Source: Octopus bimaculoides (taxonomy: Eukaryota). From it: a stretch of 64,000 bases of DNA. The stretch lies in the NCBI RefSeq assembly GCF_001194135.2, contig NC_068981.1:86590751-86654750 (forward strand), written 5' to 3'. The notes beneath the pieces were generated by a model. It was not told where the DNA came from and made no database searches. It saw only the letters and a program-made list of their open reading frames with translations. This document shows positions 36,217 through 49,631 of the stretch, in pieces; within the stretch, counting starts at the first letter, position 1; each line of letters begins with the position of its first letter. Made by a program: the position numbers and the translations under genes.

Positions 36217-37842
36217 AGCTAGATGTATTTTATCATTCAACACTTTACTTTAAAGCAAAGGGGATGGGGAGACACAGAAAACAGAAGAGGGAAGAACTTG
36301 AGTAAGGTTTTACACTTAAACATTGTAGAACACTTCATTTTCGGGTATATTATTTTTACACTTTGCCAGGTAAATTTTTACTCCAAAAGATAAATTAACC
36401 TCTTGTTAGATCAAAGATATTGCTGATAGTATAATGTAAATGAACTGACCTAGGTCATACACAAAACAGCTATGTTCCTTAAATTAAATCTTCAGGCAGA
36501 AGATTGGAGTTTGAATTAAAATCTGAAGAGCAAATTTTCTTTTAAAATAAATATAAACAGTGATTAAATTTTTCAAAATATAAACATTAGTGATATCAAA
36601 ATTATATATTTTTAATTTAACAAGGACCAAGATTTTATTTTGTTTTAAAATTAAACAAAACCCCAAATAGTATTACGATTGTTCCACCAGTAAGCTATGA
36701 CCATGCTGTGGGGAGCACCAACATTAGCATGAAACTAAAAATTAGTAAAATACATGAAAGTATTTTCTACATATAATGAAAAATGATAAGTTTGTACAGC
36801 TCAAGTAAATGAACATAATGTTAAAGTGTTATGTTTATGTATGAGAAAAGAAAATGGATCATGTAACACTGTTTATAAGGTATATATTTGAGAAAATGCT
36901 AAAATGTAAGTATACACAAAATTTGAAATGTATAGTTGGTTTAACCTAAGATTAAATAGTGGATACACATTTAGATTTTTAAACCAAGTCAAGTGTCCGA
37001 ACACCAAAATTATTCATACGAGAATTTAAATGAAAAAGAAAAAGAAAAATACAGAGGGACTCAACTGACATCACTTAGACATCAACAAGGGAATATGTAT
37101 TCAAAGTTCCAGCAGGGACATACATTAGGTGACCCAGCATGGCTGCAGTCTAATGACTAAAACGAGTAAGAGATGAGTATTCTTTGTATGATCACATTTT
37201 TCTTTACTAAAACACTATAAGTATCAATAGTGTTTTTCAATTTGTGTAAAGAGAATTTATACAAAGAAAGAGACAAATAAATGGAAAGAGAAAGAAAGAA
37301 CTTACAGTTAGTTGTTTAAAGTTAATTATTTTCAAGCTTCTTCAGGTGATATTTTTTAATCCAAAGATAGAAACAATATATTACTGTGTAAGCTAAAACT
37401 GACTGATAGTAACTGAAGGCAGCTTAGATGAATGTAAATATGTTCATTGATATTAATAAACCTCTAAGCAGTTAGAGACTAGTTCCTGTTCAAGCACAAT
37501 TGATTTACATACAAGAATAAAGGAGTGGAAGATAGACTTATTTTAGCTCATTCTTTATAAGGAGTTAAACAGTACAAGAGCTCATTTATATGAAAGTTGA
37601 AAATTGTTATAACAAATATCTAAATAGACTGTAAAATATAAATATCCTGATAGACAGACATTAAAACACAGACATCCTGATAGACATTAGAAGAGATATC
37701 CTGGTAGCAATTGAAAAGAAAATGTGATTGGAAAATAAAACTCGTATATGAATAAAAAATTATTACATTCAGCATACTTAGCATAGCTGCATTTCAATGA
37801 CTGAAGCTAGTAAAAGGGTAAAGATACATGAATCTTACTCTT

Positions 37843-38070
37843 TAATCCTTTAGCATTCAGATTACTCTGTCAAATGTAATGCTTATATATTCACATTGTT
37901 CTGAATTAATTATGTATTATCTTGTAGCTTCAAGGTTCCAATGATATTATGTATTATCTTGTAGCTTCAAGATTCCAATGATGTGACTGTTTACTTTTAG
38001 AATGACATTGTAGGGTAGGTGTGAGATGCTGGATCTGGCTGGTTTGAACATTAAACAGGTAGAATATTTG
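37843..38070. mobile_element. piggyBac-type MITE copy with internal 37-bp tandem duplication
   Basis: ttaatcctttagcattcag start. attatgtattatcttgtagcttcaag.ttccaatgat occurs twice (37909-37945, 37946-37982). Right TIR missing. Confidence 0.65.
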
Positions 38071-39089
38071 AGCCTAAAATGGAGTTACGGAAAGAACAGA
38101 ATGGTAGACTGGTAGAAATGTCAGAGCATGGATAAAATACCTTGTAGTATTTAGTAACGGCCAATTATGTTCTGAGTTCAAGTTCTACTGTGGTTAGTGT
38201 TCTTTTGTCCTTCTGGTGTCAATAAAATGTAGTACTAGTCAGGTGGGGGTGATATAAGTAACTGCTCCCCTCTCCCTTATACCTATATTAGAAATTACCA
38301 TTTGAAGACTGAAGAAACATAAGAGAGTACAGTTATCTCTAACAGTTCAGGTTTTACATATATTTTCTCATGTAGAAGTGTGAAATGGCAAAAATAGCAC
38401 AGCACCAGTAAAGAAAAGCATTATGTACTTTTACATTCAGAGTTCGAGTTGACAGTTTTCATCCCACTAAAGTCAACAAAGTACTAGCTAGACAACTCCA
38501 TTAGTCACAGCTTTTTGAAGTTCGTTTTCTTTCTCATGATAAGAAATTAATATTTTCTTTATCTAAAATGTATACAAATTTTATGTTATACCATATGTTG
38601 TTCTTTTGAATAACAAACTGAAAATACAAGTCCTAAGAAAAAAAAAAAAAGGCTTGTGTTGGTGTTTGTTTGGGATTAAACTATGTCTCAAGCCTACAGG
38701 TTCATTAGGCTCATCCTAGTTTCCATGGCATTTAAGTGGTGAAGACTATTTAGCTCCTCTCTAAGTGGAACACCAATCTATAACAGGATTAGGCCTCAGC
38801 TGTTGCTCATACACCTTTTCAGCTGTGCTGACTGGAACAAGGGGAAATGAAGTGCTTTGTTTAAGGATACGAAGTGCCAAATAGTTCAGAACAGAAACTG
38901 AAATCACAACCTTATGATTGTGAACCCAATACTGTGATTTATTTGTTTGTTTGTTTTTGTTCAAAACATTTCTTTTGTTCAGACAATGGTTTACAAAGTA
39001 AGACAGTTAATGACATTGTTTATATGGTAGTCAATTTTTTTTTTGCATTAATCTTCAAATGTGGGTGCATTCAAGTGATTAGTCTGGTA

Positions 39090-40442
39090 TCTATATATAT
39101 ATAAAAATGAGAATGTGTGTCTGTCTGTGTGAATCCCTAAAACTCGAGAACTACGCAACCAATTTCATTCAAATTTTACACATGCCTTACTTAGGGTTCC
39201 AGTTGTGTTTTAGTCAAAAAAAATTATTAACTTCTTGCAGAGTTCGAGCACACGGCAACATAATATCTCCTCCACTATTTAAGTATTACGTGTCAAAAGT
39301 GAAACAAAAACACTCATGTCAAATACTTTCACTTTAAAAATGAAACTATTCCACTAACTGAAACAATCACATTTCGATACTGTAGTGACAGATACTTTCA
39401 CAGAGAGAGAAAGAGAGAGAGAGAGAGATGTANNNNNNNNNNNNNNNNNNNNNNNNNNNNNNNNNNNNNNNNNNNNNNNNNNNNNNNNNNNNNNNNNNNN
39501 NNNNNNNNNNNNNNNNNNNNNNNNNNNNNNNNNNNNNNNNNNNNNNNNNNNNNNNNNNNNNNNNNNNNNNNNNNNNNNNNNNNNNNNNNNNNNNNNNNNN
39601 NNNNNNNNNNNNNNNNNNNNNNNNNNNNNNNNNNNNNNNNNNNNNNNNNNNNNNNNNNNNNNNNNNNNNNNNNNNNNNNNNNNNNNNNNNNNNNNNNNNN
39701 NNNNNNNNNNNNNNNNNNNNNNNNNNNNNNNNNNNNNNNNNNNNNNNNNNNNNNNNNNNNNNNNNNNNNNNNNNNNNNNNNNNNNNNNNNNNNNNNNNNN
39801 NNNNNNNNNNNNNNNNNNNNNNNNNNNNNNNNNNNNNNNNNNNNNNNNNNNNNNNNNNNNNNNNNNNNNNNNNNNNNNNNNNNNNNNNNNNNNNNNNNNN
39901 NNNNNNNNNNNNNNNNNNNNNNNNNNNNNNNNNNNNNNNNNNNNNNNNNNNNNNNNNNNNNNNNNNNNNNNNNNNNNNNNNNNNNNNNNNNNNNNNNNNN
40001 NNNNNNNNNNNNNNNNNNNNNNNNNNNNNNNNNNNNNNNNNNNNNNNNNNNNNNNNNNNNNNNNNNNNNNNNNNNNNNNNNNNNNNNNNNNNNNNNNNNN
40101 NNNNNNNNNNNNNNNNNNNNNNNNNNNNNNNNNNNNNNNNNNNNNNNNNNNNNNNNNNNNAACAAAAAACCTATTTGTATATGCTCCACAAGGGAAAACA
40201 AGGAACATAGTTTACAATGAGGTGTTATAAAATCACAACAGCAAGAAAGTATGTACATGATCACCTTCTTTTACGAAACTTCATTGACTTTCATATATTT
40301 ATATTGATATACATATATATACGTGTGTTTGGGTGCGTGTGTGTATATACATCTCTATATATAAAGATGATGCGTAGTCTAGACGGCGTTTTTAGATTTC
40401 ATTATTCTCTTTAACCCGGGCAACGCCGGGTATTTCTGCTAG
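39090..40442 (+). mobile_element. Non-autonomous Helitron
   Basis: Inserted between A39089 and T40443. 5' TC start, 3' hairpin CCCGG-GCAACG-CCGGG (40415-40430) then CTAG. The interior is largely an N gap. A 5' fragment of the same family lies at about 47045-47115. Confidence 0.8.
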
Positions 40443-40469
40443 TACAAAATATTAGTACAGATACTTTGT

Positions 40470-40620
40470 GTTACAAAAGCATCTCAACCACATGGTTTCA
40501 AGTTTAGTCACACTCAACAGCACTTTGGGCAAGTCTTTTATATTATAGTCTACAGCTAACAATGCTTTGTGAGTGAATTTGGTTGGTGGAAACTGAACGA
40601 GGCTTATTGTATTCACAATG
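40470..40620 (+). mobile_element. Degenerate family B SINE head/core
   Basis: caaccacatggtttcaagtttagtc...ctttgggcaagtc...gtgaatttggttggtggaaactgaacg. Confidence 0.6.
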
Positions 40621-40949
40621 ATAAAAAAAAACAAAAAAAGAAAAGATTCAACAAGCAAATGAACACTCTGCAGAATGAGATCAAGCAGAAAATCGACTGC
40701 CTCAGAACAGTGTATATGTTTGTAAAATTAGACAAGATGAGCAACCTCTATCAGATTAGTGTTAATTCTTATAATTGGCTTCTTTCTACCTCATATTCTG
40801 TGAAAAAACAAATAATGCATTTTGAAATGATATAAACACAACAGTCACAACCCCCCACCCAAAAAAGCCATTACCTTAAAAACTGAAGATAAAGTAGATA
40901 TCTTAATATACAAATACCCATATATTACAATGAACACCCACCCAATTTC

Positions 40950-42060
40950 AATAATAACCTATTAACTCTTCTAAATAAACCCTTCTAAATCTGACCTAGG
41001 CATCATTAGGAAGAAAATCATTGATGCATTCACACCCAGAATAAAATCACCCTCAGCCTTACTTCTCTAAAGTAACACATATATTGTGATTGATTAGTTT
41101 AATAAGATACCAAACAAAAACAAGTATTACTTCTTCCAGTTTGACATTAAGGACAGTTATGCAATACTTATTACAGTTTTGGACATTACCAAATCAATAA
41201 CAACAATAAAAAAAACAGAAATCAAAATAATACTACAAGCTAGGAAATCCCTACTGTTTCACAGCAACGCATATTGGATCAAAAAGGACCCCCAAGGAAA
41301 CATTTGATGTCAGTGTGGATTCAAAGGACCCAGCTGAGGCCAGTGTTATCATTGGTCTATACATATCATCAGCAATACAGGCAAAATTTCCCTTTATTTC
41401 AGATGGTCCCTATAGAGGTGATGGTCAACTCCTCTACAGAGGCTTTAACCCACAACAAACAGACAGGTTTAGGAAAGAATTACACCACTTCTTCAAAAAC
41501 CTAAGAATCTCTATTGCAGTTATCATACATCTGAAAAGAGTCAACTTCCTTGACGTCAATTCAAACTTAAATATCTCCATTTACAAACCTTATAAAAAAA
41601 ACAAAACAAACCCAATGTATATATAGACTCCAACTCCACACAAAGTATAATTAAAAACATTGGCAAGAACATCTCACTAACACTCTCCACTTTATGTAAT
41701 GAATGTGTGTTCAACAAAATAGCAACTGTATACAAGAAGTATCACACAATATCAGCCATAGAGAAAAAGTCCAGCACACTAACAACACCACATCTACTAT
41801 AAATAAGAAATGTGAAAGCAAGGGAAGAAACATAACTTAGTTCAATCTACCTTTTAACATAAGAGTCTCTACAATAACCAGCCTATTCTTCAAAATCCTT
41901 CATAAACACTTCTACCCTAACTGTATGTACCACAACTTGATTAACAAATGCAGCATCAAAATATCATACCTTACATCCAGCATCTTTGAATAAACTATAT
42001 TCAATTATAATTATCTAAACTAGCAGGACCTGTGAATATTTCACAGAATTAATGGTAAAA
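40950..42060 (+). mobile_element. Penelope-like element RT remnant
   Basis: FFQFDIKD (41131), GPYRGDG (degenerate LYRDDG), KRVNFLDVNSNLNISIYKPYKK, RNIT*FNLPF (WFNPPF motif), KHF and IKISY. Stops and frameshifts present. Confidence 0.8.
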
Positions 42061-42929
42061 CTATTGGGTTATTCCTGAAAACTTTATCCAAAATCCCTGA
42101 AAGTGTAGCCTGTGTTGTATCCGTATAGAAAGATAGTTACTCATCTGCTACTCATTGAAAAGTTAAAGAAATTGGAATATGATGATTACATAATACACTT
42201 TATATACTTTATGCACAATTTTATAGACTTAATACACAACACTCATAAAATAAATATTCATTCTTAAATAAGCATGAATATTTCATGGAATTGCGTATGT
42301 GTTAAGTGATAGGTGATATAAAAAACTTAGTTCAATAATAAAAAATTCACTTTTCATTACCCAATCACCACCACCACCACTACCTCTCCCCCTTCTCACT
42401 GTCCTTCTTTAATCTCACCATCAAAACATCACTCCTTTGCTAAAATTATTCCATTCCCCTTACCTCATATCATAGACACTCCTCTGTTTCTTTTTCTCTG
42501 TCTTTCTCCCTCTTTGCCTTATCCTCTTTTTCTCTTTCCTTTTCCTCTCTCCTCTCTTTCCCTTCAACTAATCGCATGAAAGCGTTACAATTACATTCCC
42601 TTTACCTCATGTCATGGATGCTTCTCGCTCCCTCTTTTTCTCTAATCACATGAAAGTGTGGTACCAATGGGTTTACAAATAGATTTTCGCTACACCTCAT
42701 TTTCATAAACATCCACCAAATGAACCCTTGTCAAAAGACTATGTATAAGGTTTGAAAAGCCAAGCCAGGCCACAGTCTGATGATAGCAACTAAGCAAAGA
42801 CTTTGAAGTCACTGTCAACATTTCCCTTGTAAAAATAATAAATAAGGTTCTCTACTGCCTTTAATTAACTATTTAACTGGTTTTTTTTTAATATACATAC
42901 ATATATATATATAGCTTTACATAAAAGCA

Positions 42930-42966
<37 letters not shown>

Positions 42967-43055
42967 GGCGGTAGAAATAGCACACAAGTAAGTCTAAGAT
43001 ATTTCAATTCAAGAGGGAATTTAATAGAAATGATTTTTAAAATTATATAAAGAAA

Positions 43056-43093
43056 ATATTACCAGTTTCGATGAATCTCATTTTATCAAATAT
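43056..43093 (-). ncRNA. Minimal type I hammerhead-like motif with U3-A8 compensatory core
   Basis: ATAT-UUGAUAA-A ATGA GAT TCAT C-GAAA-C TG GTA-ATAT. Stem I ATAT/ATAT, stem II ATGA/TCAT, GUA cleavage triplet, near-palindromic stem III ACTGGT. Confidence 0.55.
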
Positions 43094-46000
43094 CAGTAAA
43101 AATTTATAAAAATTTGAAGTAAGAACAGTTTATCTTCNNNNNNNNNNNNNNNNNNNNNNNNNNNNNNNNNNNNNNNNNNNNNNNNNNNNNNNNNNNNNNN
43201 NNNNNNNNNNNNNNNNNNNNNNNNNNNNNNNNNNNNNNNNNNNNNNNNNNNNNNNNNNNNNNNNNNNNNNNNNNNNNNNNNNNNNNNNNNNNNNNNNNNN
43301 NNNNNNNNNNNNNNNNNNNNNNNNNNNNNNNNNNNNNNNNNNNNNNNNNNNNNNNNNNNNNNNNNNNNNNNNNNNNNNNNNNNNNNNNNNNNNNNNNNNN
43401 NNNNNNNNNNNNNNNNNNNNNNNNNNNNNNNNNNNNNNNNNNNNNNNNNNNATATATATATATATATATATATATAGATATATATACACACACACACATA
43501 CATACATATTGTGTGTGTGTGTGTGTGTGTGTGCACGCATGCATTTGTATGTGCAAACATGCATGACTGTTGATATCCCATGGTTTTGCTTGAGTGAAAC
43601 AGTGAATGATGTATACATTCCTTGTTGACATCAAGACCACTTGCTCAGCACTTTCAAATAAAAAAATACTTTACTTAAAAAACAGCTATGGGTTAGTGGC
43701 ACTAATAGCATACAGCTGTTAAATCTTGCCTCAGACATGTCTCCCATCCAACCTATGTTAGGATGGCAAAAATGAATATTGAACGAATGATATGTACTTG
43801 TAGGAAGTCAGATACAACTGCCATTCATAGGTTGCTGAAGTAACTTTGCATCTTACAGTAGCATTCATTATGTCTTTTTCTGTTCCAGAATATTTATAAC
43901 ACTGGAGCCAGGAGAAATAGACAAACAGTTGATATAAAGTTCACTGACTGGTTCATGATTTTGCTTCAGTTAACTACAAGAACCAAACATTCAATCGCCA
44001 GCCAAATTTCATTTCTACATATCCCATGAGTGCATTATGATGTTGTGACCAGATATAACTGTGCTTCATAATCATAAATATTATTAGAGTACAGCTCTAG
44101 GTCACCTACAAAAAAATGTTGTGTGGGTGATATGTGTTTGTTGATATAGCCCTGACACTTAACAGAACTAACAACATAAAGCAACAATAGAGGAACTATC
44201 ATTGTTGTATATCCTGTAGAGAGCTTATGTATGTATATTTGAATATAATTACATGCATGTGTATGAACATGTGTTTGAATTTATGTTTTAATGTATTCAA
44301 ACATTATACATGCGTTATCTATTTATGTATACATGCACATATGTATTATATATAATTTGACATGTGCATGTATACAATTGTTATTTATTTTGCATATTTT
44401 CAGTGTTCTGTTTATAAACTTAATTTGAATGACATAAGTTAACTGTTTCTCATTGAGGATCCTAGCATTTCAAGGTTACTGTTTAGATGTCTGGTAATGT
44501 AAACAGAATACCAAGTGTTATGGGTATAAATGTGAATTGATAATTTTACGAAAGTTTCTTGCCATCAATGCTGGAAAGCTTTACCTTCACCAGCCCACCC
44601 CAACAAGATGACTAGCAGCAGTCAGTCACAACAAATAATGTTTTTAACTGTGACGCAAAGTTTTTCATATTTGTGAGAAGCATTGTCAGGAAAAACCTCA
44701 GCTTACAGCTGCTACTTAATGACTTAGAAAGGATGACAAGCAAAGCAGAAAATACATGGATTTAACTAAATACTGCAGAGCATTTAGTTCAGCACTTTCA
44801 TACTTCACATTCAACAAGCCTTACATCACAATATTACATAAGAATTATAAGCCAATAAGCATCACATATCTAGACACTAAAGTGGCTAGAAATAGATACC
44901 AAATATCCCTCAAATCAGATGCTACTATCTCAGAAACCCAAAAGAACACATTAAATAATGTATCTTTACAAATACCAAAAGACAAGATGATCACAGCCAG
45001 AACAACTTGGATCACAGCTGAACTAGAGCTAAAGAGCAACAAAGATACAAAATCTCAACAGTTTTCTTATATAACTGAAATTATTATACAAGTAAACTAT
45101 AAGAGAATATTTTTAAATAACAGAATTCATGGAGGACTTTTTAAATAATCAGCTTTACTTTTGTCATTGAACAGCTAAAACACCTGTGATGCTGAGACAC
45201 TAGATTACTGAATACAATCTTTTCCGAATGAAGTTCAATGCAGAATTACTGCTTGAATTTCATATATCTATTTAAGTTAATCTAACTCTCTTTCTTCTAA
45301 ACATTCATTTATCTTTCTTTTTTTGTTTTAAATTGCAACAAGTTAAATTACCATTGCTTCATCTGATCTACTGTATCAAAGAAATTGTAAGTTCATCTTA
45401 CTATTGGACATTACAAAGGCTTTGCTTCATTAACAAAGTGGTTTTTCTTCACATTTTGTCTATTCAGTGAATTCTGTTTACATTTATTTACCTTAATTTC
45501 AGTACTTTAGATTTTTTCTTCTACCTCATTCACATTAGTATTTAATAACTAATATGACTTCAACTTCTTTTAGTTTCAATGTTAAGGGTAAATCACTATC
45601 TAGTTTCTAGAATTCATCCCAGTTGATTTTATAGACTATTTATTAGCACAAAAAATATTTAATTTTCATTCCATTTTTATCATAAAGTTTACTTACATTC
45701 TAAATATATATTTTAATGCATTTCAACTACCAATTTCTCATCAGATTACTTAACTATGAAAATGATTATGAGAGAATATATAAAGCTAGATAGACATTTT
45801 ACTACCAAATTGAAAAAGAAAAAAAGAAAAAAGAAAGAAAAACGAAAATCTTAGCACATTTCATTAATCCTTCTAGTTTAACTATATATTCAAAGCATAT
45901 AGCTTTAATAGAGTTAGTTTGCTGTAGTCCATATGCAAGAAAATATTTAAAAGTCTTTATAAAAACTGATACGTTCTTGTACACACCCACTAAATTGTTC

Positions 46001-46544
46001 ACTTAGTTTTCTGCCAATTCAGCAAGCCTCTTACTCTTCTGTGCATATTGCTTATTTATGTTACATTATATTACAAATGATGTCAATGGTATGTCTTTCT
46101 GCTATAAATTCTACAGAATATATGAAAATATCAGTGCAAATATTATTTCAGTGATCTAATAAGAATTCTCTGTGCATTGCTTTGAGGTTGGATGCTATGT
46201 TAATATGAGTTGTCAAATTAACAAATATTTCCATCAGTATTTAGTGGTGAGAAGCATACAGTGTTTGGTTTAAACACTAAGTTATTTCTAATTCAGTTGT
46301 GTTGGTCTGAGTGATTTGCAAGACACAGTATAAGTTGTGTGCAATGATGTCACTGTAGAGAATGACTTCTGAGAGAATAGGGCTGACACGGATGTGATCA
46401 ATGTAGAACATAAAATAGTAGAATAATGGTTGGTGACTGAAAGAGTTTAATCTTTTTGATACCAAAGAGTTGCCCCTTTTGATACCAGGAGTTGCCCTTG
46501 GTTCTATATGGACTTCAAATTTATGTTCCAAATACTAACTTAAT

Positions 46545-46978
46545 AATGGTTTCCGATTTTGGCACAGGACCAGGAGATTTTGTGCAGAGAGTAAGATGAT
46601 TAAATCGGTCCCAGTACTTGACTGGTACTTATTTTATTGACCCTGAAAGGATAAAAGACAAAGTTGATTTTAGCAGTATTTGAACTATACGTGGACAAAA
46701 TGTCAGTAAGCACTTTGTCCAACATGCTAATAATTCTGCCAGCTCACTGCCGTAATACTAGCTTAATAATCTTTTCTACTACAGGCACAAGGCCTGAAAT
46801 TTGGGGGGAGGGGGCCAGTCAATTAGATTGATCCCAGTATGCAACTGGTACTTAATTTATCAATCCTGAAAGGATGAAAGACAAAGTTGATCTCAGCAGA
46901 ATTTGAACTCGGAATGTAGTGACGGGCGAAACACCACTAAGCATTTTGTCCAGCATGCTAACGATTCTGCCAGCTCAT
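46545..46978 (-). mobile_element. Two head-to-tail family C SINEs
   Basis: Two colinear copies of about 200 bp (46545-46755, 46780-46978), each with ggcacaag..., tgaaaggat.aaagacaaagttgat and gaatttgaact. Confidence 0.8.
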
Positions 46979-47015
46979 TGACTAAAGCCTTGTGAGTGGA
47001 TTTGGTAGATGGAAA

Positions 47016-47046
<31 letters not shown>

Positions 47047-47117
47047 CTTAATATGTAAAACTGAGAATGTGTGTCTGTGTGTGTGAATCCCTAAAACTTG
47101 AGAACTACACAACTGAT

Positions 47118-47736
47118 TTAGAGGCAGAGAGACAATTCATGCAGTGAAAACACCCTTCCTAACTTGCTCTAAAGAATGCAAATGTCGTTTCATCTGCAGT
47201 AAAGGTGATAACCTCAGTTTTTTGGTACGCAAAAGGCATTGTGTTTATTGAGTATCTTCAAAAAGCCACATCATCAATGGAGAGTATTATGCCAATTTGC
47301 TGAGGCAGTTATTAAAGGTTGTCAAGACCAAAAGCCAAGGAAAACAGATGAAAGGTGTCTTGTTTATGAGGACAATGCTCCAGCATGCAAATCCTTGGTT
47401 TCAATGGCTGCTGTGCATGAATGACTATGGCTTTGAACTGGTTGATCAGCCTCCCTATTCTCATGATTTGTTTCCATTTGATTATCATCTGTTCCCCAAC
47501 ATAAAAAAAAACACTAGGCTGGGAACCAGTATCACAGTGATGATAGCGTCATGTCTGCTGTTGATGACAGTTTTGACCAACAGGATGAAAGCTTCTTCAC
47601 CAATGGGATCCAAACACTGCAACGCTGATGGAAGATGTGTGTGGACTGTAAGGGGTCTATGTTGAAAAAAAATTTCATGTGGTCACATTCTATGAGAGTA
47701 TCTTGGTCAGCCTATGAACTTTTCAGTTGACCCTCA
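47118..47736 (+). mobile_element. Mariner transposase 3' half (pseudogene) with right TIR
   Basis: QFMQ*KHP, VSSAVKVITSVFWYAKGIVFIEYLQK, DNAPACKSLVSMAAVH, GFELVDQPPYSHDLFPFDYHLFPNIKK (YSPDLAPSD motif). Ends gaacttttcagttgaccctca|TA. Confidence 0.9.
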
Positions 47737-47791
47737 TATATAATATACATATAAAACACACACACACATGCATATATTATATAATGTATTA

Positions 47792-47832
<41 letters not shown>

Positions 47833-47858
47833 GCACACAATATAAACATAAAATATGC

Positions 47859-47894
<36 letters not shown>

Positions 47895-48333
47895 AGAGAG
47901 AGAGACAGAGAGAGGGGGAGAGAGAGACAGAGAGAGGGGGAGACAGAGAGAGGGGAGAGAGAGAGAGCTTTAGTTAAATGCACAGATACATTGTATGTAA
48001 AAGAAAGCAAAACCAGAACTGTCATGATATAATCTATCAGGATTTACTGTTACATAATTTTAAAGCTGGTGTTGATGGACTTAGTTATAAAATGTTTCTA
48101 TAACCTTTTGCAGCTTAGTTTAGAATGTACATTGAGAAGAACACATCATTAACATAATTTAATTTGAAAAGGAAATTCTGAAAACCTCAAAACAACAGAC
48201 CAGTACAATTGGGACCATTATTGCTCCAAACCAAATATAGAGGTTTATTTATATATTAGGAAATATCTTTAATAAAAATGCTGTGCTTTTACTATAACCT
48301 GCAAAAAGATGAAAAGTTATCCACTATTTGTAC

Positions 48334-48382
<49 letters not shown>

Positions 48383-48424
48383 GTTTAACAATGCAAACAG
48401 GAAAAACAGAATTCAAAACATGAG

Positions 48425-48885
48425 CATCATCATCATCATCACCATTTAGTGTCTGTTTTCCATACTGGCAGGGGTTAAATAGTTTGACTGAGACTAGTAA
48501 GTTGGAGAGCTGAACCAGGCTCCAATCTGATTTGGCTCGGTTTCTATAACTTGATGCCCTTCCTAACACCAACCACTCCAAGAGTGTAGAGGGTGCCTTT
48601 TACGTGCCACCGGCACAGGTGCTTTTCATGTGTACTGGTATGGGTACCTTTTATATGTACAGGATCAAGTGCCTTTTATGTGTACTGGCACTAGCCAGGA
48701 TTACGATTTCATTTGGCTTGACATGTCTCCTCAAGCACAGTAAATTGCCAACAGTCTTGGTCACTTATCATCACCTCCATGAAACTCAACATCCGAAGAT
48801 TGTGCTTCACCACTTTGTCCCATGTCTTCCACAGGTTCCCTCCACAGTTAGAGATTGGTCCTTCTTTATGCAATTGTCCTTGTCC
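48425..48885 (-). mobile_element. RTE LINE 3' end with tail
   Basis: NCGGNLWKTWDKVVKHNLRMLSFMEVMISDQDCWQFTVLEETCQAK* followed by the family A tail. Confidence 0.8.
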
Positions 48886-48917
48886 ACACACACACACACA
48901 CACACACACATTTTACT

Positions 48918-49086
48918 AATATTTAGCAGAAGCAACAGAAACTTCATGGCTGGGAGTTTTATATGTCAGCACTTATCAAACCAATTGAAGTTTGATAAGT
49001 GCTAATGCACAAATCTCTCAGCCCTTGAAGTGCTGATACACAGAACTCACAGCCACTGAGTCACTCTGTCACTTCTGATAAATATT
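48918..49086. mobile_element. Second copy of hairpin MITE with internal palindrome
   Basis: TIR aatatttagcagaagcaacaga / tctgtcacttctgataaatatt. Perfect internal 14-bp inverted repeat agcacttatcaaac (48968-48981) / gtttgataagtgct (48990-49003). Confidence 0.6.
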
Positions 49087-49595
49087 CATTAAAATTATAA
49101 TACATATTAAATATATTACATATATGTACTTTTTTGGACTAATGGTTATTTGTCAGTTAGTGTGTTGATGTGTTGAGTAAAGCACTACCATGGTTTTGGC
49201 TACCTGATGTCATCTGCAGTTGGGGTATATTTCTGTTGGATCTACTTCAGGAATTCCGCTGTGTGAGTTGAGATAATAATCAATTAATGAAGCAGAAGAT
49301 GGATTTGCTATTAGTCATTTCAACACTCCTGCTAAGAATACAGAATTCAGGCAGTCATGTTGCTTTTGGCCAACTTCTTAGGGAATATTTTTAGTGGGAC
49401 ACTACTTTATGTATGCATGTACCTGACATGACCCAGACTGTAAAATTGATGCAACACAATGTGATGTACATCATCTCACACATAAAGGACAGTTGCAAGA
49501 TGGGTCGAAACAATCATCATATGGAATAAAGATTAATACCAAATCCATCTACTGTTTCACTAATCGATTATATATACACACACACACACACACAC

Positions 49596-49631
<36 letters not shown>

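Noticed and set aside
37306-37628. Minus-strand segment bounded by a good acceptor and GTAAGT donor
   Set aside because: It has stops in all three frames and could only be a non-coding exon, which cannot be supported from sequence alone.
44590-45148. 130-aa ORF preceded by a CFNC..H..C-like string, possibly a LINE ORF1 zinc knuckle
   Set aside because: The motif requires a frameshift and no diagnostic domain is recognisable, so it is left unassigned.
45712-45752. Minus-strand CTGATGA...GAAATGCAT
   Set aside because: Stem II and stem I do not pair convincingly, so it is likely chance in AT-rich DNA.
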